From Cycas panzhihuaensis (lineage: Eukaryota; Plantae; Cycadophyta): a stretch of 64,000 bases of DNA. The position numbers were made by a program, and so were the translations under genes. The DNA lies in the NCBI GenBank assembly GCA_023213395.1, contig CM041465.1, positions 182,783,741 through 182,847,740 of the forward strand, written 5' to 3'. The notes beneath the pieces were generated by a model, which was given only the letters and a program-made list of their open reading frames with translations, was not told the origin of the DNA and did no database searches. Of this stretch, positions 37,170-50,870 are shown piece by piece. Each line of letters starts with the position of its first letter. The stretch's first letter is position 1.

Positions 37170-38700
37170 CGATCAAATGATCTTTAGTAAGATCTTGATG
37201 AATACATCCACAAAGTTGATCTCCAGTTGGATAAACTTCTACTTATATTTTTCTTGATTTGATCTACTCTTCCATGTAATGATATTGTATATCATATGTA
37301 TATGATTGTTTGGAAATACTCCAATAATCCCTGTAAGCGTACAACTCTCTCTCGCATCAATATTTAGTCCATAAAACTCAGCCATTTTCCTTTGACTAAA
37401 CCAAGATGTTGAGCCACTGGAGCCATATGAATCTCCTCTTCAAGTCTCCATTAAGGAATGCTAATATGATGTGATATAATTCCCAACTATATGAAGCTAC
37501 TAAAGTAAGGATCAAATGGACCAATAACATAGAGACTAGTGCAAATGTCTCTTCATACATAAATCCTTCTTCTTGTATGAAATCCTATGCATGAATTCTT
37601 CCAACTTACAAACTAATTAGGTTCTATGAGGGAGGTAAGGGACCCAAATCCCACATATCACTCCTCCATCAATGCAGCTCTCTATTACAAATCTCCACTT
37701 ATTGGAATATTTGTGTCTATCACACAAGGTTGCAATCTGTGTCTCTTTAAATAATGGCTCCTCATCATCACTCCTACTAAGTCCTACTTCTATCTCAAAT
37801 ATAATATTAGGCAAATAAGCCTCCACACATAGTGAACAATGACTTAAAAATGGTAAGAGATGAAGGATAAAACTTGTAATCAATAACTCTTTCAAACTTG
37901 ACATTTAGACTAATCACAATGCTTTCTCCCTACATAGCATACTATTTGTAAGTTTTATTCTAAACATTCTATTTACTTAACACTCTTGCAATCTAGCTAT
38001 TGTGATCTTCATTTAAGATGTATTCACTCCAACGCACCTTAAGAATCAAATAGAGGGTTTCTAACTGGTCCAACATACAATAAGGGAGTTGCTATGAACA
38101 ACTTCAAAAGGGTCCCATAAACAACTATCTGTAATAGCTTTAGCCATAAAACATGGGAGGCAATCTTATATAATACACCAAACACCTCCTTATTTGTATC
38201 ATAGCACCTACAACTTAATCTAACTAAGGTATATGGGACAACCACTCCCATTCCATACCATGACAAAGGCAGAATTGATTTTAAGGCTTCACATCATAGA
38301 CTTTTCCATTCATACTTTAATTTCATATAATCACACTATCAATTCTACATTAGACTTGTTCAAATATGCACACACATTGAACCAACATCAAATAGGCCAT
38401 AAACCCTCATCCTAACATTAGTCCAACCACCCAAAGTATAATGGTCTACCATCAAACTAGTAACCAATTGTATAAATAGGCCATAACACTGCAAATTCTG
38501 AACTCTTTACTTTATATTCATCTGATGAAAAAGAACTATGATATATACTAAATAAAACACATCATCACTTTATAATGAATAAATCACACCTTGATAATAA
38601 TATATGTAATGATTAATAAATCACTCAATAAAGTTTGCATATCCCTTGCAACTTAGGTATCTCTATATAACTCGCCCTTACTCACCCTACTATCAATCAA
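37170..38700 (-). pseudogene. D pol remnants (integrase, RT N-terminus, RNase H end; approximate bounds)
   Basis: Minus strand shows GFMYEETFALV (RT) at ~37540-37575, a VDVFIKIL-like RNase H end at ~37185-37230 and CRCYD integrase tail at ~38200. Confidence 0.65.
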
Positions 38701-40410
38701 TGACCATACTACACTGACTTTGATAGATCTCACGCCTATTACACATGCCCATTAATCTCTGCCATGTAACTACATATAATAAGAGTGCACAATTGCCTTA
38801 TATCACCAAACAATCATCATCATGCACCTCAAACCACCAATAGTCACCCATAGAGTGCTATATCGCCTTATTATCCCTAATCAAGTGCACCCAAAGCACT
38901 CCCTTTGTTATTAAATCACCACCATATCCATAGCTCTGATAACTAATAGTAGTCAAAGCATGTAATGAAACACAATAAAGAAGAAAGCCTAATTCTCACA
39001 TTACCATGCTCAATATATTAAAATGGACAAAGTAGCTTCATATGATAAAATCATAGGCAACCTCCATGTATCAATATCAATACATAGTAGTGTCAAACGA
39101 AATTTAATTGATGACAACATATCACACAAATGGAGATCAATGGGTAAACATAATGAATGATGAAAAATATTTGAAAACAATCACTCTATTTATCAAAATA
39201 GGCAAATTATAGGATAAATAATTTAAGGCAAACTTTATCAAACATAAAAAATATAGCATGGGTGACTTGATAAATCTATCAAATGGTAAATGTTTGATAA
39301 ACTCATAAATATATTAAATACAATATATCAAACCTATGACTCGGATGAGTCTGTATCTGTATATATTTGTGTATGACAATCATCATGAACTGAAGTTGTA
39401 TAACTATACCTACATCATCACTATTAGAGTATGGATGGCTAGGTGACTTCAACAAACATCATACAAACCATATTTTGTATGAACAAGGGCTACAATTAGA
39501 TGGGGATCTCCATGTACATATGGGTATCTTTGAAAACTTCATGGACGAATTAAATATTAATGACATTACGAATCATAGATAGTAGGCAAGTTTAGATCAC
39601 AGGCATTATATGACTATAATGTATGATCCATATGATCATCTTTGTAACCAAATTTTGAAGAACGGAGCCTACAAAACAAGCACATAGATGCCTCCATATA
39701 TGGGCAAATAGCTCAATGGATCCATGAATAGGATCAAACATCACCCAAATGCACGACTCACATAGGCATAAACACTATGGCTGACTCACGCAAACAAGCC
39801 ACACAATAACTTGTATTTAACATTGGGTGACTATAATATATTTTTAAAATATGAACATACCTTATAAATATATTTGTTATGTTATTTCTTATGGCTTTGT
39901 TACACTTCCAAGATCATCTCACTTCAATGGGGGGACTGTTAATCATATGCAACTAGGTGCATAACATCTCTCCTTACATGAGCAACCTCAATCACCTTTA
40001 AACTACTTAATGGACATCAAAATCATTTCCAAATAATCTTAGGGCTTTGCAAACTCAATGACACCTCAAACAATAGATTTAACACATTTAGAAGGCACAA
40101 AATGGACACAAAAGTCTAGCAACAAAGTAGCCAGGGCTATAGATTAGAAACATAAGGGCTTCAACACCTGCACAAATGAAAATAACATCTTTTACTCATT
40201 TGCACACCTCTGTAGGCCATTAAATTCTTACAAAACATAAAAGGGAATGCTCCTAGGATCTATACATGATCATTTGTACCTTTGTGATAGTTCTCTTAAT
40301 CGTTGGACAAGCTAATCCTCAATGGGTGAGCTAGCATGACCCAAGAACCAATGATTAGATGATATAGATAACATATACTTGATTGTGTAGTTCCTACTTC
40401 TTTGATACCA

Positions 40411-40660
40411 TGTTAGAGAACATAAAATATGCAAATGTGATTACAAGAATTGTCTATGAACTCATCAGACTTAAGAAAATATACACACAGGACACTTGAT
40501 TTGATATGGGAACCCTCATGGGAAAAATCCACTAGAAAATAATATTACATTCACATTTTTGACAAATCTAAAGTGTTATGCATTACAATGGACCTTAGAT
40601 CTATATTTATAAATTACAAGTATCTTGAATATATATGAATTACATTCGTTGGCTCATTAC
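40411..40660 (-). repeat. 5' LTR of D, inner part (outer part at 48642-48711)
   Basis: Adjacent to the PBS; broken at ATTAC by C2. Confidence 0.88.
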
Positions 40661-41037
40661 TATTATATTAATGCCTAATTAACTAATGCAAGTGTGCACC
40701 TAGGGCCCCTTAATGCTACCTTGGGCCTCCCTAGGTCACCTCGAGTCACCAGCATCATCAAGCAACCACTAGCAGTTGTCAAAGAGCCGACATAGCCACC
40801 ATAGGTAAGTATTTAATTAATTATTTAATATTTTAATTTTATTTTAATTTTAAACATTTGTCAAGTAAAGGTGCTTTTTGCCTCCACAAATTGATCTATT
40901 TATAGGTGGGGAATGCTCCCTTGGTGTTTTTTAACATTGTCAACTTATATTTTAGAAATTAAATTGCCAAATTATTTACAGTTTGAAATGATATATACTC
41001 ACCTATAATCCTCTCGCTCTACACCTCAAAGCCAACA
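40661..41037 (+). repeat. 5' LTR of C2
   Basis: Matches 48271-48636. Confidence 0.93.
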
Positions 41038-43124
41038 TTTAGTATCAGAGTGTGTTCGTTTGGGTTCGGGAGTCTCACAATAAATTTCTATGGCAGTATT
41101 TTGGTGTGTATAATATTAGGAATTATTAATTGTGACATTATTAAAACTTTAGAAAATCACATATATTCATTCATATTTCATTTATATTTTGTTTATTTTA
41201 TTTTTTCATTTTTTGGAACCATACATAGTCAAATTGGAACTCATGATTGAGGCTTACACATTGATCATAATAGTACCATATGACTACTCGTTCTGATCAT
41301 AATCAAATTCTCTTACCACTAGAAGAAACCGAACGTAACTTTGTTGCTTCTATTAGGAGAAATCTCATTCAGAGTCACTACATACCCAAATTTGGCCCTT
41401 TTTACTCCAGTGCTTTATTTTGAGGCTATAAGCAACCATTTGATACAAAATTTTACTAGCACCTTGCTATCTGGCATACCCAACTACCCCTAAAATCTTG
41501 TGAGAAACGATGCCATCTGTGGAGAGTTTGAATCAATTGAGTCTCCTCACCTAGTTTGCTCACCATTTTCACTATTTTTTAACTTATACAAAGTTTTTTT
41601 TTTTTCTTTTTTACAATCAAGTTTGCATTATTGAGTGCCTCTTCTCACTGTACAAAATTGATCATTTTGATCATCTTTATGCTAATGTGGCCTCCATAAA
41701 TCACTGGTTAGCCACTCGTTTCCTCTTTTTGCATCACCATTCCTCATGATATATATGTTTTAAAAATAGTTTTTTTTTATCTTTTCTTTGGTCAATTTGC
41801 ATAAGGATTGTAGAGGAGGCCCTCTTGGTATGATCAATTAATCCACGAGATCAATCTCTAATTGATTATTCACCTCTGTGTTGTCCTCGAAGTCGCACAA
41901 TGACCTGCGTAACGACGACTTTCTTTTTGAATTGATTTTATATATTTGGATTTATAAAGTTTGATAAAGTTTATTAAAATTCAATTATTGTTAATAATCT
42001 TTGAAATTTGGTGTTTTAAAGAGTATTAATCCCCTTCTCTTTTGGCCCCTGATTTCTTCAATCCATATGACCTCACTTTTGGGCTTTATTAAGAGTTACA
42101 CATCATTATTTTTAAGATATTTTTTGACTATGGTTGTTTTAAGAGCTAACGAGCATATTATAAACTCTTTGAGGTCTGCAACCCCCCTTGAGACTAAGTT
42201 GGTGATTACGATAACATCCATGCAAATGTGCTCCTAGTTTGAAAGGGTCTTATTCACTTTGTTAAAAAAATTCATTTGTTTTTACTTAAAGAGGACCTCT
42301 CGCATTTTTTATTGCAACTTTCTCCTGGGGTGTCAAATTTTAGTGAAACCAGTCTTGTTAGAATTATATTTTAGAGATCTTTAGGGTGGTATCATCACTT
42401 GAGTAGTTTGAGTCCATTTCATCTGAGTTTTAATCAATCAAAATGATCACTTTTTTCAATACTTATTCTATTAGCCATAAAGAGGTCCATTCATTGTTTT
42501 TGTAATAACTTGATTGTTTTAGCTCTGATTTTAAAACCATAAGAACCATCATCAAGTTGTTTCAGAGTTTTTCTTGTTGAAATTAGTTTCATTTTGTTTT
42601 GACATCATTTTATAGGACTTTAAAACTGCTCAAGTTAAGGCTCTAGTTCAGCCCTTAACACGCTAAGTTAATAATATTTTTAAGCATTTGTTCATTTCAA
42701 TTAATCCTATTTGAGCATAATCAGTTGCTAATCAATTTCTTGGAGTTATTTGTTAACTTTTCATAAAGATTATAAGCTATTTGTAGCCAATTGACATCAG
42801 TTTCAGCTTTTTGAGCTTTAAGAAGCCTAAGTGCAGTAATACATCAAACATATACTATCTACCTTGATTTTATTTTATTTCTTGCATTATCAATCAAATA
42901 TAAACTATTTCTTGGATCTTCTGATTACTTTAAGCATAGTTTCTTCTAAAAATTTACAAGTTTCATATAGTTTTTTTTATTCTTGTAAAGGAACTCTTTG
43001 GTACTCAAATTTTAATATCATTATCTTGTAATATTAAGTGGTATATTAGTCAAGACATTACTTTATTTTTATCAAAAGATTTAGTCTTTTTTCAACTTAA
43101 AATTTATAAAAGCATGGGTATAAG

Positions 43125-43209
43125 GTTCATTTATACATTCCAAAGGATTTAGGATTCCATTGTTTCAAAGTTCATTTATACATTCCAAAGATTAAAGATT
43201 TCATTGTTT
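43125..43209 (+). repeat. 45-bp-period tandem duplication in the C2 leader
   Basis: GTTCATTTATACATTCCAAAG...CATTGTTT occurs twice. Confidence 0.85.
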
Positions 43210-44102
43210 AGTATGTCACTTTAGACAAGTTCATACATTCTCGTATTTCACTCCTACAAAAGTATATCAATTTGAAAGCATTAGATTATATATTAGCACT
43301 TGTTTTTTGGTTCAATTAAGGAAGAAGAGTATCTTGATCCTTTTACTTATTCTCCTTGTAATTTGATATAAATGTTTTGTATCATATTTTCATTTGAGAC
43401 ATATATTTTATCTTGATTATAGATTTATTTTGTATTTCATTTCATTTTTTGAATAAAAAGAATCTTAGAGAGATTAAGTAAGAGCATATTCAATTAAAAT
43501 TTCATTTCACATTAAGAAAGATAATTCCTGAATTAACCACATATTTTCTAGCCTTGCAAGGAGAACAATTAGGACTGTTGAAGTTACCACCATACACATA
43601 CCAATTGGCCTACTCATATTGGATGAGGAAAATCATTGGATATGAGATGTATCAGGTGGTAGAATGAGGTGGAAAACCAGTCTTTATTGGAGTTTGGAGA
43701 CTAAGGCTAGACCTGGAGTGGGTGAGTGCCTTAGTTAGTTAAACCTTCATCGCTAAATCTATCGTTAGACATAAGTCCAATGCAGGTGGACCAATGATTT
43801 AGGGAGATGTAACAACCTTTGTAGTAGCCCATATACTGAGGTATATTGAGCCTTGACCTCATGTACCAGTATATTAGGTCTCTATTTTGCCACTTATGGG
43901 CAAACATCACTAGATATAATAGAAATCGAAGGTTTCCCTTGGAGACCCTTAGACTTAGATCCTATAAGCCTTATTAGGGACTAGGACACTTGCAAAACCT
44001 TGGGCAAAACTTTAGACATTACTTCTTGTGTTAAGTTTCAAATTCAAACCTTTAAAAACCTTACTTTATCCATAGTTTTTTTTTTACAGCCTTAGCTAAG
44101 AG

Positions 44103-47100
44103 ATGGTATTAAACTTTGGAAATATAATAATCCCTAAATTTGATGGTAATGATTTTCTAAACTGGAGTAGGAGGATGAGACCCATCCTCATTACTAATAA
44201 AAATAGGTAAAAAGGTAACTTATAAAGAAAATATCAAAAAGGGTAATGAAGCTCTTGCATTTATATTCTGTGCCTTAGAAGATCATATTTTCCCACGGGT
44301 TAGTTAATCAATTAAGTCAAAAGAAGCATGGGATACTCTCCAGTTAATTTATAAAGGAGCAACATCATCTAAGCTTCAAAACCTAAGGAACATATTTGAA
44401 AACTTATAAATGATACCAATAGATTCTGTAACAAAATTTATAACTAAAGTCCAAGATATAGTAAACCGGACAAAATCACTTTAAGATACATTAATAGAGT
44501 AAAGAGTAGTGGAAAGAATATTGAGATATGTAGGTGTTGTAAGAAGGTTTAAAATAGTAGCAACAAGTATACGTATTTTGAAAGATCTAAACACACTAAA
44601 GGTGGAATAACTAAGTGCCATGTTGATGTCAGTTGAGGAGAAACAAAATGCAAATGAATCAGTTGAGCATGTCTTTGCTACCAAGGCCAGAATTTAATCT
44701 CACTCTCAAGCGAGTATGTCAAAATCTAAAGAATCACCTCCTAAGAGAAGGGATAGAAATCCTAGAAGGGATTTGTGACAAGATCCACCTAAATATCAAG
44801 CTCCACATCAAAGGAGATAAGGAGCAAACCAACAAAATATGAATTTGCCTAAGTATCCAAATTAGGAGAAACAACCTGAGGGGCACTCATGTTACCCCAA
44901 TTGCCAAGGAAATATCCAAGCTACAAGGTCAATCAGGATTATTATGATAATAGATAAAGGGAAAATCTAGTTCCATATTATGAGGAAAATGGGAGACCAT
45001 CCCACATTAAAAAACTCATAGACGAAGTTGAAATCTAAGCTATAGGAGAATAGAGACCCTATATTACTCCTATTATCATCGTAGTGGTCACACAAAAGAC
45101 AAATATTTTTCAAAATATGGACCACCCACCAAAAGGACTGTAAATGCCATAATAGAAATAAGGATAATAATAGACTTTTCCTATCCAACTTTAGTGCCAA
45201 AGAAGAAGAAGATGATCGTTGGTATATTGACTCAGGTTACTCCACCCACATGACTCTCAGGAACATCTATTTCGTACATTAGATAAAAGCAAAAGAGGTT
45301 CAATAATATTTGGAGATGATACATCCCATGAATTAGTTGGTAGAGGTAACATAGCTCTCATGACAAATATATGAGAGTACAGATACCTCGATGATGTATT
45401 ATATGTTCTTGTCTTAAAGAAAAATCTATTATCAGTAGGGCACATGATGGGTTAGGATTATAAGGTCATCTTTAACAATGGTAAGTGTACAATCAAAGAC
45501 AAGAAGAGAAACAAGGTAATTGTTGCAAAAAGCAAAATGATAAAAGATAGGCTGTTTAAACTTGTCTTTACTCCATCAGATACCTATGCTTTTAGAACTA
45601 CAGTCAAATTGGATAATGACTTATGGCATAGGAGATTTGGACACCTCAACTATAACAGTTTTGCCCTAATGTAAAGAATGGGCATGGTTAATAGTTTGCC
45701 TAACATTGAAGTGGACAAAACTATATGTGAGGGATGCCTACTTGGTAAACAACATAGGGAAAGCTTTATATATTTCAGTTATTGGGCAACTAGTCCACTT
45801 CAGCTAGTTTATATAGATATCTGTGGTCCTATGGATGTCCCCTTATTAGCAGGTACATGCTATTTCATTATATTCATTGATGACTACACTAGAAAGATAT
45901 GGGTATTCTTCCTTAAATTCAAATTAGATGTATTTCAACACTTTGTCGACTTCAAAACCTTTGTTAAGCGATAAAGTGGGCACAAACTCCTCTCTCTAAG
46001 ATCTAATAATGGGGAAGAATTTATCTCCAACAAATTTAAGGTATATTATGTACATCATAGGATTAGAAAATAGCTCACCGATCCCTACACCCCACAACAA
46101 AATAGTGTAAAAAAAAGGAAAAATCGCACCATTATCGAAATGGCAAGGTGTATGTTGAAAGATAAAAACTTGGGCCATGAATTTTGGGTAGAAGTAGTTC
46201 ATACTTTTGTTTATCTCCTCAATAGGTAATCCGCTAAAGCCCTAAGGTGGAAGACACCTAAAGAAGCTTGGACAGGCTATAAGCCAAACATACATCACTT
46301 AAGAGTCTTTGGGTGCCTAGCCTATGCACATGTTCCTGATCAAAGGAGATCTAAGTTGGATGACCATAGTATTAAGTGCATATTTCTTGGCTATAGTGAA
46401 ACTTCTAAATCACGCAAAGTCTATGATCCTAAGTTAAAGAGGGTTATATTAAGTAAAGATGTTAAATTTAGGAAGATGATTATTATCACGATACTTAAGA
46501 AAAGAAGAAAGAGGTAATAATTAATTTTGACAAGTCCACCAAATCAAAGTATGTTCCTTCTATGTTTAACTCTAGACGAGTCATCAATGAACCAAGTAGG
46601 GAGGGAACCTCCTCTCAACCTCCACCACAAAATCTTCCGAAATGGGTTCAAAGGAATCATGATGTAGATAATATTTTTGACAACAATTGAAGATCCACTC
46701 ACTCACATAGGGTAAACTTTGCCCTAATGAGCAAAGTTTTAGAGTCCCATGAGCCTCAAACTTTTGATGAGGCTAATACACATGCTTCTTGGAGAAAGGC
46801 AATGGAGGACGAATATCACTCTATTGTTAAAAATGACACTTAGGAATTGGTTAACCTACCTCGCAGTAAAAGAGAAACTGACACTAAGTGGATCTATAAA
46901 ACTAAGTTTCACTTTAACAGATCAATCGATAAATACAAAGCTAGATTAATCACCAAAGATTATGCCCAAAGAGAATGGATTTATTACAATGAAATATTTG
47001 CTTCTATTACTCAAATGGAAATAGTTCGAATGATAATAAGTTTAGCAGCCCAAATGGGATGGAAAGTCTATCAAATGGACGTCAAAAGTGATTTCCCTAA

Positions 47101-48250
47101 TGGTTGTATTGAAGAGGATATCTATGTCTCTCAACCCCTTGGTTTTAAAATTAGAAGGGAAGAAAACAAAGTGTACAAACTTAAAAAAATACTTTACAGT
47201 TTAAAACAAACACCTAGGGTTGAGTATTCCCAAATTGACAAATACTTTAGAGATAAAGGCTTTGAAAGAGCTCAAGCAGACCTAAATCTCTACATCAAAA
47301 TCAAGGGAGATTCTATCCTAATTATGGGACTTTATGTAGATGATCTTGTCTACATTAAAAATAACTCCCATTTTTTTGTAGAACTTTAAAGAAAGCATGT
47401 GTAAGGAGTTTGAAATGATAGATTTGGGATTAATGCATTACTTCCTAAGTTTGGAAGTATGGCAAGATAAGAATGGTATCTTCATCTCCCAATGGAAATA
47501 TACCATGGATCTATTATAAAAGTTTAGGATGACTAATTGCAAATCATTAGCAACTCTAGTAGAAATAAGAATGCTACACCAATTAATCTTACACTCTATA
47601 GACAACTAATCGACAATTTGATTTACTTGACATCCACTCAATTAGACATAACACATTCAGTTAGTGTTATATCCAAATTCATGTAAGACCCAAAGACTAC
47701 TTATTAGTAAGCGACCAAAGAATTCTTTGTTATATTAAAGGCACTTCAGAATATAGTCTTTACTATACATCTTCATCAAACTTCCAGTTGACAAGCTATA
47801 GAGATACAGATTGGGCAGGTGACATCGATGATAGAAAATTAACTTTAGGTTATATATTCAATATGGGTTCGATAGCTATAACTTAGAGCACTAAGAAACA
47901 AAATACAATTTCCCTATCTACAGCCAAAGTAGAATATAAAGCAGCAGTTGTTGGTACATGTGAAATAGTGTGGTTGAGAAGACTATTGCAAGACTTTTAG
48001 TTAAAATAGAAAGGCCCTATAAGAATTTGGTGTGATAATTAGAGTACAATATAGATGGCTAAACACCTAGTTTTCCATGGCAGAACGAAATATATTAAGA
48101 TACAACATCATTTTATTTGAGAGCTAGTACAAGAAGGGGAAATTAAATTGGCATATTATAGCACCGAAGACCAAGCAACAGACATCTTTATAAAAGCATT
48201 GGGTAAAATCAAATTTCAAAAATTTAGAGACAAGTTGGGGGTTCTTCACA
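44103..48250 (+). pseudogene. C2 Copia gag-pol (disrupted)
   Basis: IPKFDGNDFLNW, WYIDSGYSTHMT, LWHRRFGHLN, CEGCLLGKQHR, FIDDYTRK, YQMDVKS, LYVDDL, STEDQATDIFIKALG. Confidence 0.95.
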
Positions 48251-48270
48251 TTGGTCACTATGAGGGAGAA

Positions 48271-48636
48271 TATTGGGATAATGGCCAATTAACTAATGCA
48301 AGTATGTACTTAGGGCCCCTCAATGCTACCTTGGGACTCCCTAGGTCACCTCAGGCTACCTACCATCATCAAGTAACCGCTAGCAGTTGTTAAAGAGTCA
48401 ACATAGCCACCACATGTAAGTATTCAATTAATTGTTTAATATTTTAATATTTTTTTAAATTTTAAATGTTTACTAGTAGAGGTGCTTACCACCTCCCCAA
48501 ATTGATCTATTTATAGGTGGGGAATACCTCCCTGGTATTTTTTAACACCATCAACTTATATTTTAGAAATTATTTTACACTTTGAAATGATGTATACTCC
48601 CCTATAATCCTCTTGCTCTACACCTTGAAGCCAATA
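48271..48636 (+). repeat. 3' LTR of C2
   Basis: Follows the PPT; followed by TSD ATTAC. Confidence 0.93.
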
Positions 48637-48968
48637 ATTACATAATAATGCCAATATTATCCATACTTGATCTACACATTTACATTAACCAACATGTAAT
48701 ATATTCCAACATGGGTTTCTAATTTATAAAAGTTAGAAAGAACCTTTACATTTAGACTCTTAGACTTACCTCTTTTCTAATTAAGAGGTGTTATATATTT
48801 TTCCATAAGAATTAATGTTGCTTATACTCTTTTTTCTTGAAATTTATCTAAGTACAACCATTATGTTAGCAAAAATTTTGAGATTTCATGCTTTATATGT
48901 TTGCTTATTTCAAGTTCTAAATTACTTTTTAGTGTCTTTTGAATTCATTAGGTCATAGATGCTAGGTA

Positions 48969-50870
48969 TGTTGAATATTTTACAAGGTGTTCAGAGATAT
49001 AGACAGTACATCCAAGCCTAATTTTTGTGGAGTATAGGGTTATGGCTCTAGTGTAGGAGTTTGGCTGGCTAGAGACCCCCCAAGTGGGAGTTTAGGAGTG
49101 GGAACCTCAAGAAATTTTTTTAGGGATATTATAGCTCATTTATAACACATGGTTTTGTATGAATTATATTGTAATATTGCTAGTTGATCTCTTATAAATT
49201 TATATATATATATATATATATACTTCTATAGAAGTACATGTAAAAATGTTTAAGATGATTGAGAGTTGGGATTTACTCTGTAATTATTTGGCAATTTCTC
49301 TTTTTAATAAAATGGTCTATTAGTAAACCTATATCTTTATATTATTCTTGTTGATGTGCTTGGACTATTTCTATTATACCTTTATAAGTTTTATTATTAC
49401 ATTGCTTCTTTGTTATATTTTCTTCAATTAATATCAGAGTACAGTTTTTGGCTCTATGGTAAATCTTTTATTAAATGGGAGATCTACATGGTAAACTCTA
49501 TATGGAAAGATCATGGCAAGCACTACAGGGATGAAGATTACTTTTAGCTATGGAAGCTAAACAAGGAAGATATCCTCTTTTATAAGGATTAATGCATTGT
49601 TGTGTTAAACACAAAACCTATGGCTATATTTGATGAGGACTAAGCAATATTGGATAAGAAAGCAATGAGCTCCATTAGGTTATATCTTTATGATATGATG
49701 CTATTAAAAATTTCCTTAGAACATATGACCTAGGATCCATGGAATAAGTTAAGGGATTTATATTAGACAAAGTCTCTTATAAACAAGTCATTTCTCTAAA
49801 AAGAACCTTTATTTGATTAAGATGCGTGATGGAGATACCATTGATAATTATCTCAATGCTTTTAAGACTGTGGTAAGCCAATTATCTTTAGTTGGGATGA
49901 CTATATCTAAAGAAAATATGTGTATCACCCTTTTATATTTGCTTCTTAGTTCTTAGGATAATCTTGTGATGGTGATAAGTAATACTATTGCAAGCATCGT
50001 GGAGTTTGATAAAATTATTATTTATCTACTATTAAAAGAGATGGATCAAATATCTTCTAAAGATCATTCAAAAGAGGCATTGGTAGTGAGATATTGTTCA
50101 TTAGATTGTGACTGACAAAATCCTAAGAATGTATAATCAAAATCTATAATAAATTTTAGATTGGTAGGGAAATATCCAAAGACCTCTTGAAATGATAGAG
50201 TACTTAGCCATTTTAAAAGCTTGTGTAAAGCCAAGAAAGTTGACAAAGAAAAGTCACACAAAGTTACTTGTTCAATGGAAACAAAAACCTCTGATGAAGT
50301 CAAAGGCAATGTATATTTGACTACCTTAGGTAAGCAGTCAAATGATGAGTTATAATTGATTGACTATGGTGCCTTATTTTATATGACTCCCTAAATAGAA
50401 TGGTTCTGTTAGTATGAACATTTTGATAGAGGTGGATTCTTTCTAGAAGAAAATTACCCATATAAGATCACAGGTCCTAAAAGAGTTAAGGAGAGGTTTA
50501 TGGATAGAAGAGTTAAAACTATCCTTGATATTAATCATATCCCAACTTTAGTGATGAGCTTGTTATTTATTAGTAGATTAGATGATGTAGGAATGGAAGT
50601 GATGTTTAATAAAGAAAGTTGTAGAATGGTTCAAAATGCATTATCATTAATAAGGGAGATCTAAATTAGAACATTTTATAAGCTTTATGTAAGCACAATG
50701 TATGTTGGGTATAGCAGTTTATCTAACATAAAGAGTATCAATGATGTAAGCGGGAACCTATTATTTTAAACTATGAATAATATACTATGATATCAGAGAT
50801 TAGGCCACATCAAAGAATAATGCCTCTATGATTTATTATCCACAGTTATAGCTAAAGGTATCTCTAGAAT
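48969..50870 (+). mobile_element. Old truncated Copia C4: probable LTR (~48969-49426), decayed PBS, gag, protease, GAG-pre-integrase
   Basis: TAATATCAGAGT at 49429-49440; LWKLNKEDIL, LDKKAMSSIRLYL, LIDYGALFYMTP, QRLGHI. Left boundary uncertain. Confidence 0.7.

Larger units (their letters stand above)
40661..48636 (+). mobile_element. Ty1/Copia element C2, full-length and degenerate
   Basis: LTRs 40661-41037 and 48271-48636; TSD ATTAC (40656-40660, 48637-48641); PBS TAGTATCAGAGT at 41040; PPT GAGGGAGAA at 48262. Confidence 0.95.
36737..48711 (-). mobile_element. Internally deleted Copia-derived element D; its 5' LTR is interrupted by C2
   Basis: LTRs 36737-37056 and 40411-40660 plus 48642-48711; TSD TAGGT / TGGGT; decayed iMet PBS at 40399-40410. 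Confidence 0.88.

Noticed and set aside
49201-49222. (TA)n microsatellite and homopolymer runs (e.g. 8580-8590, 51069-51081)
   Set aside because: Ordinary slippage products within decayed elements.
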